Positions 42,410-53,119 of a stretch of DNA of 64,000 nucleotides are shown in pieces. The notes under the pieces were generated by a model. That model made no database searches and had not been told where the DNA came from. It worked only from the letters and a program-made list of their open reading frames with translations. The stretch comes from a phage: NCBI GenBank assembly GCA_037574385.1, contig GCA_037574385.1_4529.1; one strand, given 5' to 3'. Position numbers and translations under genes: made by a program. The first letter of the stretch is position 1. Every line of letters starts with the position of its first letter.

Positions 42410-42901
42410 ATGTTTGTAGATGACGTAACTCGTGCCTTCGAATCTGGTGATTTCGCTCGCCCTAACCTGTTCGAAGTAGAAATCTCTTATCTTGGGCAAA
42501 ACTTTAGCTTCCAGTGTCGTGCTACGGCTCTTCCTGCTGCGATCGTTGAAAAGGTTCCTGTTTCTTATATGAACCGTAAAATTAACGTGGCCGGTGACCG
42601 TACATTTGACGATTGGACTATTACAGTAATGAATGACGATGCTCATAGTATTCGTCAGAAATTTGTTGATTGGCAAGGTATTGCAGCAGGACAAGGTAAT
42701 GAAATTACCGGTGGTAAACCTGCTGAATATAAAAAGACTGCTATCGTTCGTCAATTTGCTCGTGATGCTAAAACGGTCACTAAAGAAGTTGAAATTGTTG
42801 GCTTGTGGCCTACTAACGTTGGCGAAGTATCTCTTGACTGGGACAGCAATAACGAGATTGAAACGTTCGAAGTAACTCTTGCTCTTGATTGGTGGGAATA
42901 A
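42410..42901 (+). CDS. 19: gp19 tail tube protein
   Basis: 163 aa as T4 gp19. Confidence 0.95.
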   Translation: MFVDDVTRAFESGDFARPNLFEVEISYLGQNFSFQCRATALPAAIVEKVPVSYMNRKINVAGDRTFDDWTITVMNDDAHSIRQKFVDWQGIAAGQGNEITGGKPAEYKKTAIVRQFARDAKTVTKEVEIVGLWPTNVGEVSLDWDSNNEIETFEVTLALDWWE

Positions 42902-42949
42902 TCTGGTTGGGGAGAAATCCCCAGCTTCCCGTGATGACGGAGAAGTCCA

Positions 42950-42957
42950 TATAAATA
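42950..42957 (+). promoter_or_regulatory. T4 late promoter TATAAATA for gene 20
   Basis: Exact TATAAATA 28 bp upstream of gene 20 start, after a GNRA hairpin (~42907..42923). Confidence 0.55.
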
Positions 42958-42985
42958 TAACTATAATTCCCATTCGGAGAATACA

Positions 42986-44557
42986 ATGAAATTTAATATC
43001 TTAAGTTTGTTTGCTCCATGGGCAAAAATGGACGAACGTGATTACAAAGACCAAGAAAAAGAAAATTTAGAATCGATTACCACACCAAAATTAGATGATG
43101 GTGCTAAAGAATACGAAGTATCTGAAAATGAAGCACAGCAAACATATAATGCTATGTTTCAGAGAATGTTTGGTAGCCAAGAACCAGGGCTCAAATCAAC
43201 CCGTGAATTAATCGATACATACCGAAATTTGATGACGAACTATGAAGTAGACAATGCAGTCTCTGAAATAGTTTCCGATGCTATCGTATACGAAGATGAT
43301 ACAGAAGTCGTTTCTATAAATTTAGACAACACAAAATTTAGTCCAAATATCAAATCAATGATGTTGGATGAATTTAACGAAGTGTTAAATCATTTATCTT
43401 TCCAACGTAAAGGTTCAGACCATTTTAGACGTTGGTATGTGGATTCTCGAATTTTCTTCCATAAAATTATTGACCCTAAACGCCCTAAAGAAGGTATTAA
43501 AGAGCTTCGTCGTTTAGACCCACGTCAAGTTCAATATGTCCGTGAAGTTATTACAACCACTGAAGCCGGTGTTAAAATAGTCAAGGGTTATAAAGAATAT
43601 TTCATTTATGACACATCACACGAATCTTATGCTTGTGACGGTCGCATATATGAAGCTGGCACAAAAATAAAAATCCCTAAAGCCGCGATTGTTTATGCCC
43701 ATTCTGGTTTAGTTGATTGTTGTGGTAAAAATATCATTGGTTATTTGCATCGGGCTATTAAGCCGGCGAACCAATTAAAACTTCTTGAAGATGCTGTCGT
43801 AATTTATCGTATTACTCGTGCTCCCGATCGTCGTGTATGGTACGTTGATACAGGTAATATGCCTTCAAGAAAAGCAGCAGAACATATGCAACATGTTATG
43901 AATACGATGAAAAACCGTATTGCATATGATGCTACTACAGGCAAGATTAAAAACCAGCAGCATATTATGTCGATGACCGAAGATTATTGGTTACAACGAC
44001 GTGATGGTAAAGCAGTAACAGAAGTTGATACATTACCGGGGGCAGATAATACTGGAAATATGGAAGATGTACGTTGGTTCCGTAATGCGCTTTATATGGC
44101 TTTACGTATTCCAATTACCCGTATTCCAAGCGACCAAGGCGGTATACAGTTTGATGCCGGTACTTCTATTACACGAGATGAATTGACATTTGGTAAATTT
44201 ATTCGTGAGCTGCAACATAAATTTGAAGAGATATTCCTAGATCCGCTTAAAACTAATTTAATTCTTAAAGGAATTATTACAGAAGATGAGTGGAATGATG
44301 AAATAAATAATATTAAGATAAAATTTCATCGGGATAGTTATTTCTCGGAATTAAAGGATGCTGAGATTCTGGAGCGTCGCATTAATATGCTTCAGATGGC
44401 CGAACCATTTATTGGTAAATATATTTCCCACAGAACAGCTATGAAAGATATTCTTCAGATGTCTGACGAGGAAATTGAACAAGAGGCTAAGCAAATTGAA
44501 GAAGAGTCGAAAGAGGCTCGTTTCCAAGACCCCGACCAAGAACAAGAGGATTTTTAA
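42986..44557 (+). CDS. 20: gp20 portal vertex protein
   Basis: 523 aa (T4 524); synteny. Confidence 0.95.
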   Translation: MKFNILSLFAPWAKMDERDYKDQEKENLESITTPKLDDGAKEYEVSENEAQQTYNAMFQRMFGSQEPGLKSTRELIDTYRNLMTNYEVDNAVSEIVSDAIVYEDDTEVVSINLDNTKFSPNIKSMMLDEFNEVLNHLSFQRKGSDHFRRWYVDSRIFFHKIIDPKRPKEGIKELRRLDPRQVQYVREVITTTEAGVKIVKGYKEYFIYDTSHESYACDGRIYEAGTKIKIPKAAIVYAHSGLVDCCGKNIIGYLHRAIKPANQLKLLEDAVVIYRITRAPDRRVWYVDTGNMPSRKAAEHMQHVMNTMKNRIAYDATTGKIKNQQHIMSMTEDYWLQRRDGKAVTEVDTLPGADNTGNMEDVRWFRNALYMALRIPITRIPSDQGGIQFDAGTSITRDELTFGKFIRELQHKFEEIFLDPLKTNLILKGIITEDEWNDEINNIKIKFHRDSYFSELKDAEILERRINMLQMAEPFIGKYISHRTAMKDILQMSDEEIEQEAKQIEEESKEARFQDPDQEQEDF

Positions 44558-44793
44558 TGGACGATTTAATTCAAGCTATTAAATCAAACGACCTCGTTGC
44601 TACTCGAAAGTTTTTTGAAAGTGCAATGGCAGAAAAAACGGTTCGTTTGATTGAAGCACGCAAAGCAGAAATCGCTTCTCAATTTTTGATTGAAGGCGAA
44701 GAACCTGAAGAAGAAAAGAAAGCTAAAGCTTCGGAAGACGACGCTGATGAAGGCGATGACGACGAAGACGAAGATGATGAGGACGATGAATAA
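44557..44793 (+). CDS. 67: gp67 prohead core protein
   Basis: 78 aa with acidic D/E-rich C-terminus. Confidence 0.8.
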   Translation: MDDLIQAIKSNDLVATRKFFESAMAEKTVRLIEARKAEIASQFLIEGEEPEEEKKAKASEDDADEGDDDEDEDDEDDE

Positions 44794-45218
44794 TGTATCT
44801 TATCCCTGAATCTTATGAATTAGTACTCGAAAATGTCGAAGCACTTATTCCTGAAGCACAGGGCCGAATCGATGCATTGTCTTCTGCTCTCGATATTGAC
44901 GATATAAATACTATTATCGAGAACATGCTTGAAACTGAAACGGATTTAGCTGTTGCAATGGCTTCCATTATTAATGAAGAACAGTTAAATGAGTTTATCG
45001 TTAAACATGTTTCTTCTCGTGGTGAAGTCACCCGCACTAAAGACCGTAAAACTCGTGAACGTAACGCGTTCCAAACAACTGGTCTTTCTAAAGCAAAACG
45101 TAGACAAATCGCTCGTAAGGTCGTTAAAGCTAAAAAAGCTAACCCTTCAGGCCAAGTTAAAGGCTTGCGTAAGCGTAAAAAAGCTCTTAAACGTCGTAAA
45201 GCATTAGGATTAAGCTAA
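44793..45218 (+). CDS. 68: gp68 prohead core protein
   Basis: 141 aa as T4 gp68; basic C-terminus. Confidence 0.8.
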   Translation: MYLIPESYELVLENVEALIPEAQGRIDALSSALDIDDINTIIENMLETETDLAVAMASIINEEQLNEFIVKHVSSRGEVTRTKDRKTRERNAFQTTGLSKAKRRQIARKVVKAKKANPSGQVKGLRKRKKALKRRKALGLS

Positions 45219-45859
45219 TGAATAAACCCGAGTTACTTATTGAAACTTGGGGTCAACTCGGTGAGATTATTGATGGCGTTCCAATGTTGGAATCTCATGA
45301 TGGAAAAGATTCTGGCTTAAAACCAGGGCTTTATATAGAAGGTATTTTTCTTCAGGCAGAGGTTGTTAACCGAAATAAACGTTTATATCCTAAACGCGTT
45401 TTGGAAAAAGCAGTAAGTGACTATATTAAAGAACAAGTCGCAACTAAACAGGCCCTTGGAGAATTAAACCATCCACCTCGCGCAAATGTTGACCCTATGC
45501 AAGCCGCTATCATTATTGAAGATATGTGGTGGAAAGGAAACGATGTATATGGACGCGCTAGAATTATTGAAGGCGACCATGGTCCCGGCGATAAATTAGC
45601 TGCTAATATACGAGCTGGTTGGATTCCAGGTGTTTCCTCTCGTGGTCTTGGTTCTTTAACCGACACCAATAAAGGGTACCGTATCGTGAACGAAGGATTT
45701 AAATTAACCGTCGGCGTAGATGCCGTATGGGGACCTTCTGCTCCAGATGCTTGGGTTACTCCTAAACAAATATCAGAATCAGAAAATTCGGTGGAAATCA
45801 CCAAAAACAGTGCTGATGAAGCATTTAAAGCTCTCGCAGAGAGTTTAAAAGCATTATAA
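45218..45859 (+). CDS. 21: gp21 prohead core protease
   Basis: 213 aa (T4 212); synteny 68-21-22-23. Confidence 0.9.
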   Translation: MNKPELLIETWGQLGEIIDGVPMLESHDGKDSGLKPGLYIEGIFLQAEVVNRNKRLYPKRVLEKAVSDYIKEQVATKQALGELNHPPRANVDPMQAAIIIEDMWWKGNDVYGRARIIEGDHGPGDKLAANIRAGWIPGVSSRGLGSLTDTNKGYRIVNEGFKLTVGVDAVWGPSAPDAWVTPKQISESENSVEITKNSADEAFKALAESLKAL

Positions 45860-45862
45860 ATA
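45855..45862 (+). promoter_or_regulatory. T4 late promoter TATAAATA for gene 22
   Basis: Exact TATAAATA 30 bp upstream of gene 22 start. Confidence 0.55.
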
Positions 45863-45892
45863 ATAATGTAATCTAAACCACAGGACACTAAA

Positions 45893-46705
45893 ATGATCAA
45901 AGAACAACTTTTGAAAGAAGCTCAGAATATCGAGACTTCAGTTGCTCTTAATAGTGTTTTCGAATCAGTAGAACTGTCTCCGGACGTTAAAGCTAATTTC
46001 AGCACTGTATTCGAAGCCACCGTTAAGCAGGAAGCAGTCAAACTTGCTGAATCTCATATCAAAGCCATCGCCGAAAAAGCCGAAGAAGAAGTTGAAAAGG
46101 CTAAAGAAGATGCTGAAGAGAAAGCTGATAAAAAATTGGCTGAACAAGCTTCTAAATTCCTGGACCATCTTGCAAAAGAATGGCTCGCAGAAAACCAAAT
46201 CGCAGTTGATAAAGGCATTAAAGCTGATTTGTTCGAATCCATGCTTGGTGGTCTGAAAGAACTGTTTGTTGAACATAACGTTGTTGTTCCAGAAGAATCT
46301 GTAGATGTTGTAGCAGAAATGGAAGAAGAGCTGGCCGAACATAAAGAAGAAACCGCTCGTTTGTTCGAAGAAGTTACCAAACGTGATGCATATATCAATT
46401 ACGTTCAGCGTGAAACCGCTATTAATGAAAGCGTGAAAGACCTGACTGAATCTCAGAAAGAAAAAGTTATTGGCCTGGTTGAAGGTATGGATTATTCTGA
46501 CGCATTTGGTACTAAGTTAACTGCTATTGTAGAAATGGTTAAAGGTTCTACTAAAGAAGAAGCCGCTATTACCGAAAGTATAAATACAGTTGACAATGAC
46601 GCTGCCGGTCTTAATTTTGTTGCCGAAGCAGTTGACACTACCACAACTCAGGTAGAACAGAATTCTAATGTAAGTTTATATGCGAAAGTCGCATCTCGTT
46701 TCTAA
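45893..46705 (+). CDS. 22: gp22 prohead core scaffold protein
   Basis: 270 aa acidic coiled-coil protein (T4 269). Confidence 0.9.
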   Translation: MIKEQLLKEAQNIETSVALNSVFESVELSPDVKANFSTVFEATVKQEAVKLAESHIKAIAEKAEEEVEKAKEDAEEKADKKLAEQASKFLDHLAKEWLAENQIAVDKGIKADLFESMLGGLKELFVEHNVVVPEESVDVVAEMEEELAEHKEETARLFEEVTKRDAYINYVQRETAINESVKDLTESQKEKVIGLVEGMDYSDAFGTKLTAIVEMVKGSTKEEAAITESINTVDNDAAGLNFVAEAVDTTTTQVEQNSNVSLYAKVASRF

Positions 46706-46722
46706 TTTAAAGGTTAACACAA

Positions 46723-48291
46723 ATGACTACTATCAAAACTAAAGCTCAGCTCGTAGACAAATGGAAAGAACTGCTGGAAGGTGAAGGCCTGCCGGAAATC
46801 GCTAATAGCAAGCAGGCTATTATCGCTAAAATCTTCGAAAACCAGGAAAAAGATTTCGAAGTATCCCCTGAATATAAAGACGAGAAAATCGCTCAGGCAT
46901 TTGGTTCTTTCTTGACCGAAGCTGAAATTGGTGGTGACCACGGTTATAATGCTCAGAACATCGCAGCAGGTCAAACCTCTGGTGCAGTAACCCAGATTGG
47001 GCCAGCAGTTATGGGTATGGTTCGTCGTGCTATTCCTAATCTGATCGCTTTTGATATTTGTGGTGTTCAGCCTATGAACAGCCCTACCGGTCAGGTATTT
47101 GCTCTTCGTGCAGTATATGGTAAAGACCCTATCGCTGCTGGCGCTAAAGAAGCTTTCCATCCGATGTATGCTCCGGATGCAATGTTCTCTGGTCAGGGCG
47201 CTGCTAAGAAATTCCCGGCGTTGGCTGCTAGCACACAAACCGTTGTAGGTGATATCTATACTCACTTCTTCCAGGAAACTGGTACTGTATATCTGCAAGC
47301 TTCCGCTGTAGTAACAATCGATGCTAGTGCTAACGATGCAACTAAATTAGATGCTGAAATTAAGAAACAAATGGAAGCGGGTGTACTGGTAGAAATCGCT
47401 GAAGGTATGGCTACTTCTATTGCTGAACTTCAGGAAGGTTTCAACGGTTCTACTGATAACCCATGGAATGAAATGGGCTTCCGTATCGATAAACAAGTTA
47501 TCGAAGCTAAATCTCGCCAGCTGAAAGCTGCTTACTCTATCGAATTAGCACAAGACCTCCGTGCAGTACACGGTATGGATGCTGATGCTGAACTGAGCGG
47601 TATCCTGGCTACAGAAATTATGCTAGAAATCAACCGTGAAGTTGTTGACTGGATTAACTACTCTGCTCAGGTTGGTAAATCTGGTATGACCCTGACTCCG
47701 GGTTCTAAAGCTGGTGTATTTGACTTCCAGGACCCGATTGATATCCGTGGTGCTCGTTGGGCCGGTGAAAGCTTTAAATCTCTGTTGTTCCAGATTGATA
47801 AAGAAGCAGTTGAAATCGCTCGTCAAACCGGTCGTGGTGAAGGTAACTTCATTATCGCTTCCCGTAACGTAGTTAACGTACTGGCTTCAGTTGATACTGG
47901 TATTTCTTACGCTGCACAGGGTCTGGCTTCTGGTTTTAATACTGACACTACTAAGTCTGTATTTGCCGGTGTACTTGGTGGTAAATACCGCGTATACATC
48001 GACCAGTATGCTAAACAGGATTACTTCACCGTTGGTTATAAAGGCGCTAACGAAATGGATGCAGGTATTTACTATGCTCCTTACGTTGCACTTACCCCGC
48101 TGCGTGGTTCCGATCCTAAGAACTTCCAGCCGGTAATGGGCTTTAAAACTCGTTACGGTATCGGTGTTAACCCGTTTGCTGAAAGTTCCCTGCAGGCTCC
48201 AGGTGCTCGCATCCAGTCCGGTATGCCGTCTATCCTGAACAGCCTTGGTAAGAACGCTTACTTCCGCCGTGTATATGTAAAAGGCATCTAA
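46723..48291 (+). CDS. 23: gp23 major capsid protein
   Basis: 522 aa (T4 521); synteny. Confidence 0.95.
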   Translation: MTTIKTKAQLVDKWKELLEGEGLPEIANSKQAIIAKIFENQEKDFEVSPEYKDEKIAQAFGSFLTEAEIGGDHGYNAQNIAAGQTSGAVTQIGPAVMGMVRRAIPNLIAFDICGVQPMNSPTGQVFALRAVYGKDPIAAGAKEAFHPMYAPDAMFSGQGAAKKFPALAASTQTVVGDIYTHFFQETGTVYLQASAVVTIDASANDATKLDAEIKKQMEAGVLVEIAEGMATSIAELQEGFNGSTDNPWNEMGFRIDKQVIEAKSRQLKAAYSIELAQDLRAVHGMDADAELSGILATEIMLEINREVVDWINYSAQVGKSGMTLTPGSKAGVFDFQDPIDIRGARWAGESFKSLLFQIDKEAVEIARQTGRGEGNFIIASRNVVNVLASVDTGISYAAQGLASGFNTDTTKSVFAGVLGGKYRVYIDQYAKQDYFTVGYKGANEMDAGIYYAPYVALTPLRGSDPKNFQPVMGFKTRYGIGVNPFAESSLQAPGARIQSGMPSILNSLGKNAYFRRVYVKGI

Positions 48292-48315
48292 TCTTAATTG
48301 ATTAAATCTTATTTT

Positions 48316-48333
48316 GGGAGACTTCGGTCTCCC
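48316..48333 (+). terminator. Rho-independent terminator after gene 23
   Basis: GGGAGAC-UUCG-GUCUCCC followed by AUUUUUGGUUUU. Confidence 0.6.
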
Positions 48334-48343
48334 ATTTTTGGTT

Positions 48344-48613
48344 TTATTTCTGGGCAATTTCGATGTAAGTTTTCAAAATATTTTGCCAATTAGGCATACC
48401 TTCTTGGACATATGCTGGAGAACCGTCTTTGTTTTTGAATGATGCAAGTTTATCAGTGGCCCAATAGCCTTTAGCTCGAGCTTCAGAATCAACTTTCATC
48501 CATACTTTGTTGAAGGCATTACCATTAACTTTTGCACCATATTTTTCTACTAACTTAACCGCTTCAGCTTCCAGAACTTTTAAAGTATCTCGTAAGAAAC
48601 GTGCTTTAGTCAT
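48344..48613 (-). CDS. Hypothetical small protein (89 aa) at the T4 segD position between genes 23 and 24
   Basis: Minus-strand ORF with RBS GAGGAG and its own early promoter; not homing-endonuclease-like. Confidence 0.5.
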   Translation of the reverse strand: MTKARFLRDTLKVLEAEAVKLVEKYGAKVNGNAFNKVWMKVDSEARAKGYWATDKLASFKNKDGSPAYVQEGMPNWQNILKTYIEIAQK

Positions 48614-48643
48614 TTTGTTTACTCCTCTGTAGTTGATAAGTCT

Positions 48644-48673
48644 ATAGTATCACATACCAAATACGTTGTAAAC
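48644..48673 (-). promoter_or_regulatory. T4-type early promoter (GTTTAC-N18-TGATACTAT) for the 89-aa gene
   Basis: Same ~30-bp promoter/5'UTR module as at ~12030. Confidence 0.5.
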
Positions 48674-48679
48674 AATCTT

Positions 48680-48687
48680 TATAAATA
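48680..48687 (+). promoter_or_regulatory. T4 late promoter TATAAATA for gene 24
   Basis: Exact TATAAATA 26 bp upstream of gene 24 start. Confidence 0.55.
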
Positions 48688-48713
48688 ATCTATATCACAT
48701 AAGGAAAAATGCA

Positions 48714-49994
48714 ATGAGTAAAATCCAAAAATTATTGCGTGAATCTACAACGTCTACTAGCAACTCAATTGGTCGCCCAAATCTTGTTGCTTTGACTCGC
48801 GCTACGACTAAATTAATATATTCTGACATTGTGGCAACACAAAGAACTAATCAACCTGTTGCTGCTTTTTATGGTATTAAATATCTTAACCCAGACAACG
48901 AATTAACGTTTAAAACTGGTGCTACTTATGCCGGCGAAGTTGGATATGTAGACCGAGAAAAAATTACTGAACTCACAGAAGAATCAAAAGTCACACTAAA
49001 TAAAGGCGATTTTTTCAAATATAATAATATCGTCTATAAAGTGTTAGAAGATACACCATTTGCAGATATTCAAGAAAGTGATCTAGAATTAGCTCTTCAG
49101 ATTGCAGTCGTTCATTTAAAGGTACGGTTATTTTCAGATGCAGCGGTGACAAGCAAATTTGAAAGCTCTGGTAGCGAAATTTCTGATGCAAGATTCCAAA
49201 TTAATAAATGGCAAACTTCGGTCAAATCTCGTAAACTTAAAACCGGTCTCACGGTTGAATTAGCGCAAGATTTGGAAGCGAATGGATTTGATGCCCCTAA
49301 CTTCTTAGAAGATTTGCTTGCTACTGAAATGGCTGATGAAATTAATAAAGATATTCTTCAGTCTTTAATTACTGTATCGAAACGTTATAAAGTTACTGGA
49401 ATTACTGACACCGGATTTATTGACTTGAGCTATGCATCCGCTCCAGAAGCAGGTCGTTCGTTATATCGAATGGTGTGTGAAATGGTATCACACATTCAAA
49501 AAGAGTCAACTTATACTGCGACGTTTTGTGTAGCTTCAGCTCGTGCAGCTGCTATTCTTGCTGCTTCAGGTTGGTTAAAACATAAACCAGAAGATGATAA
49601 GTATCTTTCACAAAATGCTTACGGGTTCTTAGCTAATGGTTTACCGCTTTATTGCGATACTAACAGCCCATTAGATTATGTGATCGTTGGCGTAGTAGAA
49701 AATATCGGTGAAAAAGAAATTGTTGGATCAATTTTCTATGCCCCGTATACAGAAGGTCTCGACTTAGATGACCCGGAACATGTTGGTGCATTTAAAGTTG
49801 TAGTTGATCCAGAAAGCTTGCAACCGTCTATTGGTTTATTGGTTAGATACGCTTTATCTGCGAATCCTTACACAGTAGCAAAAGATGAAAAAGAAGCGAG
49901 AATAATTGATGGCGGGGACATGGATAAAATGGCGGGACGTTCGGACTTGTCTGTTTTACTTGGTGTTAAATTGCCTAAAATTATTATAGATTAA
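48714..49994 (+). CDS. 24: gp24 capsid vertex protein
   Basis: 426 aa (T4 427); synteny. Confidence 0.9.
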   Translation: MSKIQKLLRESTTSTSNSIGRPNLVALTRATTKLIYSDIVATQRTNQPVAAFYGIKYLNPDNELTFKTGATYAGEVGYVDREKITELTEESKVTLNKGDFFKYNNIVYKVLEDTPFADIQESDLELALQIAVVHLKVRLFSDAAVTSKFESSGSEISDARFQINKWQTSVKSRKLKTGLTVELAQDLEANGFDAPNFLEDLLATEMADEINKDILQSLITVSKRYKVTGITDTGFIDLSYASAPEAGRSLYRMVCEMVSHIQKESTYTATFCVASARAAAILAASGWLKHKPEDDKYLSQNAYGFLANGLPLYCDTNSPLDYVIVGVVENIGEKEIVGSIFYAPYTEGLDLDDPEHVGAFKVVVDPESLQPSIGLLVRYALSANPYTVAKDEKEARIIDGGDMDKMAGRSDLSVLLGVKLPKIIID

Positions 49995-50000
49995 TAAAAA

Positions 50001-50022
50001 GGGACCGTAAGGTCCCTTTTTT
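50001..50022. terminator. Bidirectional terminator between convergent gene 24 and rnlB
   Basis: AAAAA-GGGACC-GUAA-GGUCCC-UUUUUU. Confidence 0.65.
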
Positions 50023-50024
50023 CG

Positions 50025-51032
50025 TTATGATACTAATTCAATCCATGCAGGACGCAGAACATCTTGCACCATTCGGACTAATTCTTTCTTAACAAGATTC
50101 GGATTATCAGATGATGTTAATACAATACCTTCACGAGAAGTTTCTTCCAGAATATCTTGAACAGTCAATCCCATCACTTTGCCAAAATCTTTTGACGTTA
50201 CAGTCCCAATCTTAGAAATAACATTATTAACAGGATTTAATGTAACATAACAAGCTAGAACATCAAGCAAGTTTTTGTCAATTTCAGTTAATGGAACCCG
50301 GGTTTTAATAGGCTTATCAGACTTTTTCTTTTCACTGAATTTAGAGTTCTTGCACTTAATCGCTACACGAGTACCGTTTGGCAGCCATTTAGGGAAACAA
50401 GGCTTCAGAACATAACCTTCTGCCGTATTATCGCCAATAACATTAGCATCAAATACGCAATTATTTGCTTCGACAAGGTCTTCTGATGCAGTAGCGTTAT
50501 AAGCGGCTAAGACGGAATCAAGGTCGTTTGGAATCATGATAAGAGCATCAAATGTTCCACGTCCAAGCATTGGTGCCATTTTAAAACCAAACGTATTACA
50601 TAAATCTTGCATTTCGTAATCACTCATGTAATAAGTATCACCGCTTTCCGTGTTTATGATGATATCGAATACATAGAAATCTTTTTCACCGTAGTCAACA
50701 CCTTTCTGAATTCCACCACCAGCGAATTCACCAAAGACTTGATATGTCACCGGCACTGAAGTTGAAATACTGCCCATGACTTCTTGAACGCCTTTAATAG
50801 CTTTATCATACTTTTTGAGTACTATTTCATAGCCATAAAAATCTTCTGCTGGAAGAATAGGGCCTGTGCGCTTGGCGCATGTGACGTTGTCACGTTCAAT
50901 TATTAACGAGAAGTTAGTCCCATGGATTTTCTCACGTGCTACCCAAACACCAGTAGTCAAACCGTTAGTGTAGAGTTTTTCAATAAACTTAGAGTTGTAG
51001 TGGTTTTCAAGACTGCTGTATTTCTTAAACAT
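50025..51032 (-). CDS. rnlB: RNA ligase 2 (Rnl2)
   Basis: 335 aa (T4 334); nucleotidyltransferase motif I KIHGTN; position after gene 24. Confidence 0.85.
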   Translation of the reverse strand: MFKKYSSLENHYNSKFIEKLYTNGLTTGVWVAREKIHGTNFSLIIERDNVTCAKRTGPILPAEDFYGYEIVLKKYDKAIKGVQEVMGSISTSVPVTYQVFGEFAGGGIQKGVDYGEKDFYVFDIIINTESGDTYYMSDYEMQDLCNTFGFKMAPMLGRGTFDALIMIPNDLDSVLAAYNATASEDLVEANNCVFDANVIGDNTAEGYVLKPCFPKWLPNGTRVAIKCKNSKFSEKKKSDKPIKTRVPLTEIDKNLLDVLACYVTLNPVNNVISKIGTVTSKDFGKVMGLTVQDILEETSREGIVLTSSDNPNLVKKELVRMVQDVLRPAWIELVS

Positions 51033-51151
51033 AAATCACCATTATAAATAATAATATCAAAATAATTAGCAGAGACTCTATCTCCGACCCGATGTTTAAT
51101 TTGAATGGATAGAACCTAGATTCATTATACCATCAAAAAATGTAAAGCATA

Positions 51152-51403
51152 TTAGAACTTGATTTCTATCCAATGTCCATCACGTTGGTCGTGATTAATT
51201 TTGTACTGAAAGCCATTATCACGTAACCACTGCCCGACTTGCTCTGTGATAGTTAAATCATTCTTTGATGGATAGTACGTGAATTGTGTCTGGCCTTTGT
51301 CAGCGGCTTTCTCTGCCATCACAGAGAAGTTAGTAATAAAATCACTCAACAAATTGGCTTTAGCGGCCAGAGCCCTTTCTCTTAATTCCTGTGCAAAACT
51401 CAT
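51152..51403 (-). CDS. Hypothetical protein at the T4 24.2 position
   Basis: 83-aa ORF; synteny. Confidence 0.5.
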   Translation of the reverse strand: MSFAQELRERALAAKANLLSDFITNFSVMAEKAADKGQTQFTYYPSKNDLTITEQVGQWLRDNGFQYKINHDQRDGHWIEIKF

Positions 51404-51600
51404 TTCTTCACCTTTTTGTTAATCAAACGTTTACGGTATACAACTTTTTCTTTTGCTTTAAACTTTGACCGAGCTGTCTCGGCTTTAGTCCATAGTAATC
51501 CAACTTCTTTAGGTTGTAAACCGATTTTTTGAGCAATTTCTACGAATGAAAATCCTGCCTCATGTAATGTATAAACTTCAACTTCAGCTCTCATAATCAA
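51400..51600 (-). CDS. Small HTH-like protein at the T4 24.3 position
   Basis: 66 aa; helix-turn-helix-like FSFVEIAQKIGLQPKEV, basic C-terminus. Confidence 0.5.
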   Translation of the reverse strand: MIMRAEVEVYTLHEAGFSFVEIAQKIGLQPKEVGLLWTKAETARSKFKAKEKVVYRKRLINKKVKK

Positions 51601-51674
51601 TCCAGTGTTATTTGGTTTGTGCCATTATATACATCAATCTCAAGTTGTGTTTTATATGCTTTAAAACGAAGAAA

Positions 51675-51688
51675 GGGGCCGAAGCCCC
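51675..51688 (-). terminator. Hairpin GGGGC-UUCG-GCCCC immediately after hoc stop
   Basis: 5-bp GC stem with UUCG tetraloop on minus strand. Confidence 0.45.
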
Positions 51689-51694
51689 TTACGA

Positions 51695-53110
51695 TTATGG
51701 ATATGTATAAATGATACCAGTTTCTAGCGCAGTTTTATGGATGATGTATCCATTACGTGATTCTTGAACATCAACTTCTGGATAGTCTTTCATCATCTTC
51801 TGAAGAGTGTAACGATGCAGGTAGTATTTACTATCTGGATCGTCAATTTTCCAATCTTTACCTTCTTCAGTCATTTTTTGGATTTCATCCATAACCCACC
51901 AACCACACCAGATGTAAGCTGAAGTACGGTGTGGAAGAGGATGAACATAAGGTAGTTCACCTTCTGGTTCAATTGGAGTCCGTTCAGCAATAACAACTTC
52001 AGCGGTTGAACTAATTGTCTTTGAAGTATAGTTATCTTTAGTTAATACTGCTTCAACTTTAATTGTATGAGTACCAGCTGAGGAGGTATCAATACTGTAA
52101 GTATTAGTAGAATTACTTTCTGCTACGTTGTCTTTCTTCCAAGAATACACAATATTAGTATCACCTGGAGCACCAGTAACAGATGCTGTTAAAGTTGCAG
52201 TTCCACCAACAGTAGTATTAACTGATGGCGGAGATAAAGAAATGGTGGCACTATTAAATGTCGCATTATTAGTTACTACTGTTGCTTCTGCTGAAATTTC
52301 TTTTGTAACATAATTTGTTGCAGAAACAGATACGGTGCATTTAAGAGTTTTACTTCCTACCTCGGTTGGAGTGAATTTATACGTAGCAGAAGTTGCATCC
52401 GGAATATTACTGTCATCCATTGACCACTGGAATGATGTAGTAGCACCTGAAGGTGCACCAGAGACATTTGCAGTTAAAGTAATAGGAACACCAAAGACTG
52501 TAGTCGGAGACTCAGGCGTAATTTTTAGTGTTGAAGAATTAGCCTTTTTATTTACAGTCAAAGAAACCGCTGATGATTCTACTGTTTTATCAACGTAATC
52601 AGTTGCAGTCACTGTGACGGAGCAAGTTATAGACTTAGTTCCTTCAGATGTTGGTGTATATTCAAAGGTTGATTGCTTTTGACCATCAACAGCGACCCCG
52701 TCAACTTTCCATGTATAAGCAATAGCAGCACCACTAGGTTGATTGCTTACATTAGCAGTGAATGTTGTTGCTGTTCCAATTTCTACTGCAGCCGGAGAAG
52801 CCGGAGTAACAGCGACGGTAGAATTATTTTCTTTCTTATTAACAGTGATAGTTGTTGATGCTTCAGCTATTTCCGGATCTCCTGCGGAAAGTGTATTAGT
52901 TGCAACCACTTTAATTTTTTTTGTTCCTGCCGGAGAAGCAAGAGTATAATCCATTGTAGCAGCCGTAGACTCCTGTGCTATATCATCTACAGTCCAGACG
53001 TATGTAATAGTACCATCTGGAGTTTCACCTGCAGGTGTAGCAGTGAATGTTTGTGAACCTCCAATAACCCCTGTAGGAGTTAAAGGAGATAATGTGACAG
53101 TGAATGTCAT
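51695..53110 (-). CDS. hoc: Hoc (highly immunogenic outer capsid protein) with four tandem Ig-like repeats
   Basis: 471 aa; four ~95-aa Thr/Ser-rich repeats (e.g. TANVSNQPSGAAIAYTWKVDG..., TANVSGAPSGATTSFQWSMDD...) plus C-terminal capsid-binding domain. Confidence 0.8.
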   Translation of the reverse strand: MTFTVTLSPLTPTGVIGGSQTFTATPAGETPDGTITYVWTVDDIAQESTAATMDYTLASPAGTKKIKVVATNTLSAGDPEIAEASTTITVNKKENNSTVAVTPASPAAVEIGTATTFTANVSNQPSGAAIAYTWKVDGVAVDGQKQSTFEYTPTSEGTKSITCSVTVTATDYVDKTVESSAVSLTVNKKANSSTLKITPESPTTVFGVPITLTANVSGAPSGATTSFQWSMDDSNIPDATSATYKFTPTEVGSKTLKCTVSVSATNYVTKEISAEATVVTNNATFNSATISLSPPSVNTTVGGTATLTASVTGAPGDTNIVYSWKKDNVAESNSTNTYSIDTSSAGTHTIKVEAVLTKDNYTSKTISSTAEVVIAERTPIEPEGELPYVHPLPHRTSAYIWCGWWVMDEIQKMTEEGKDWKIDDPDSKYYLHRYTLQKMMKDYPEVDVQESRNGYIIHKTALETGIIYTYP

Positions 53111-53119
53111 AAGTTATCC

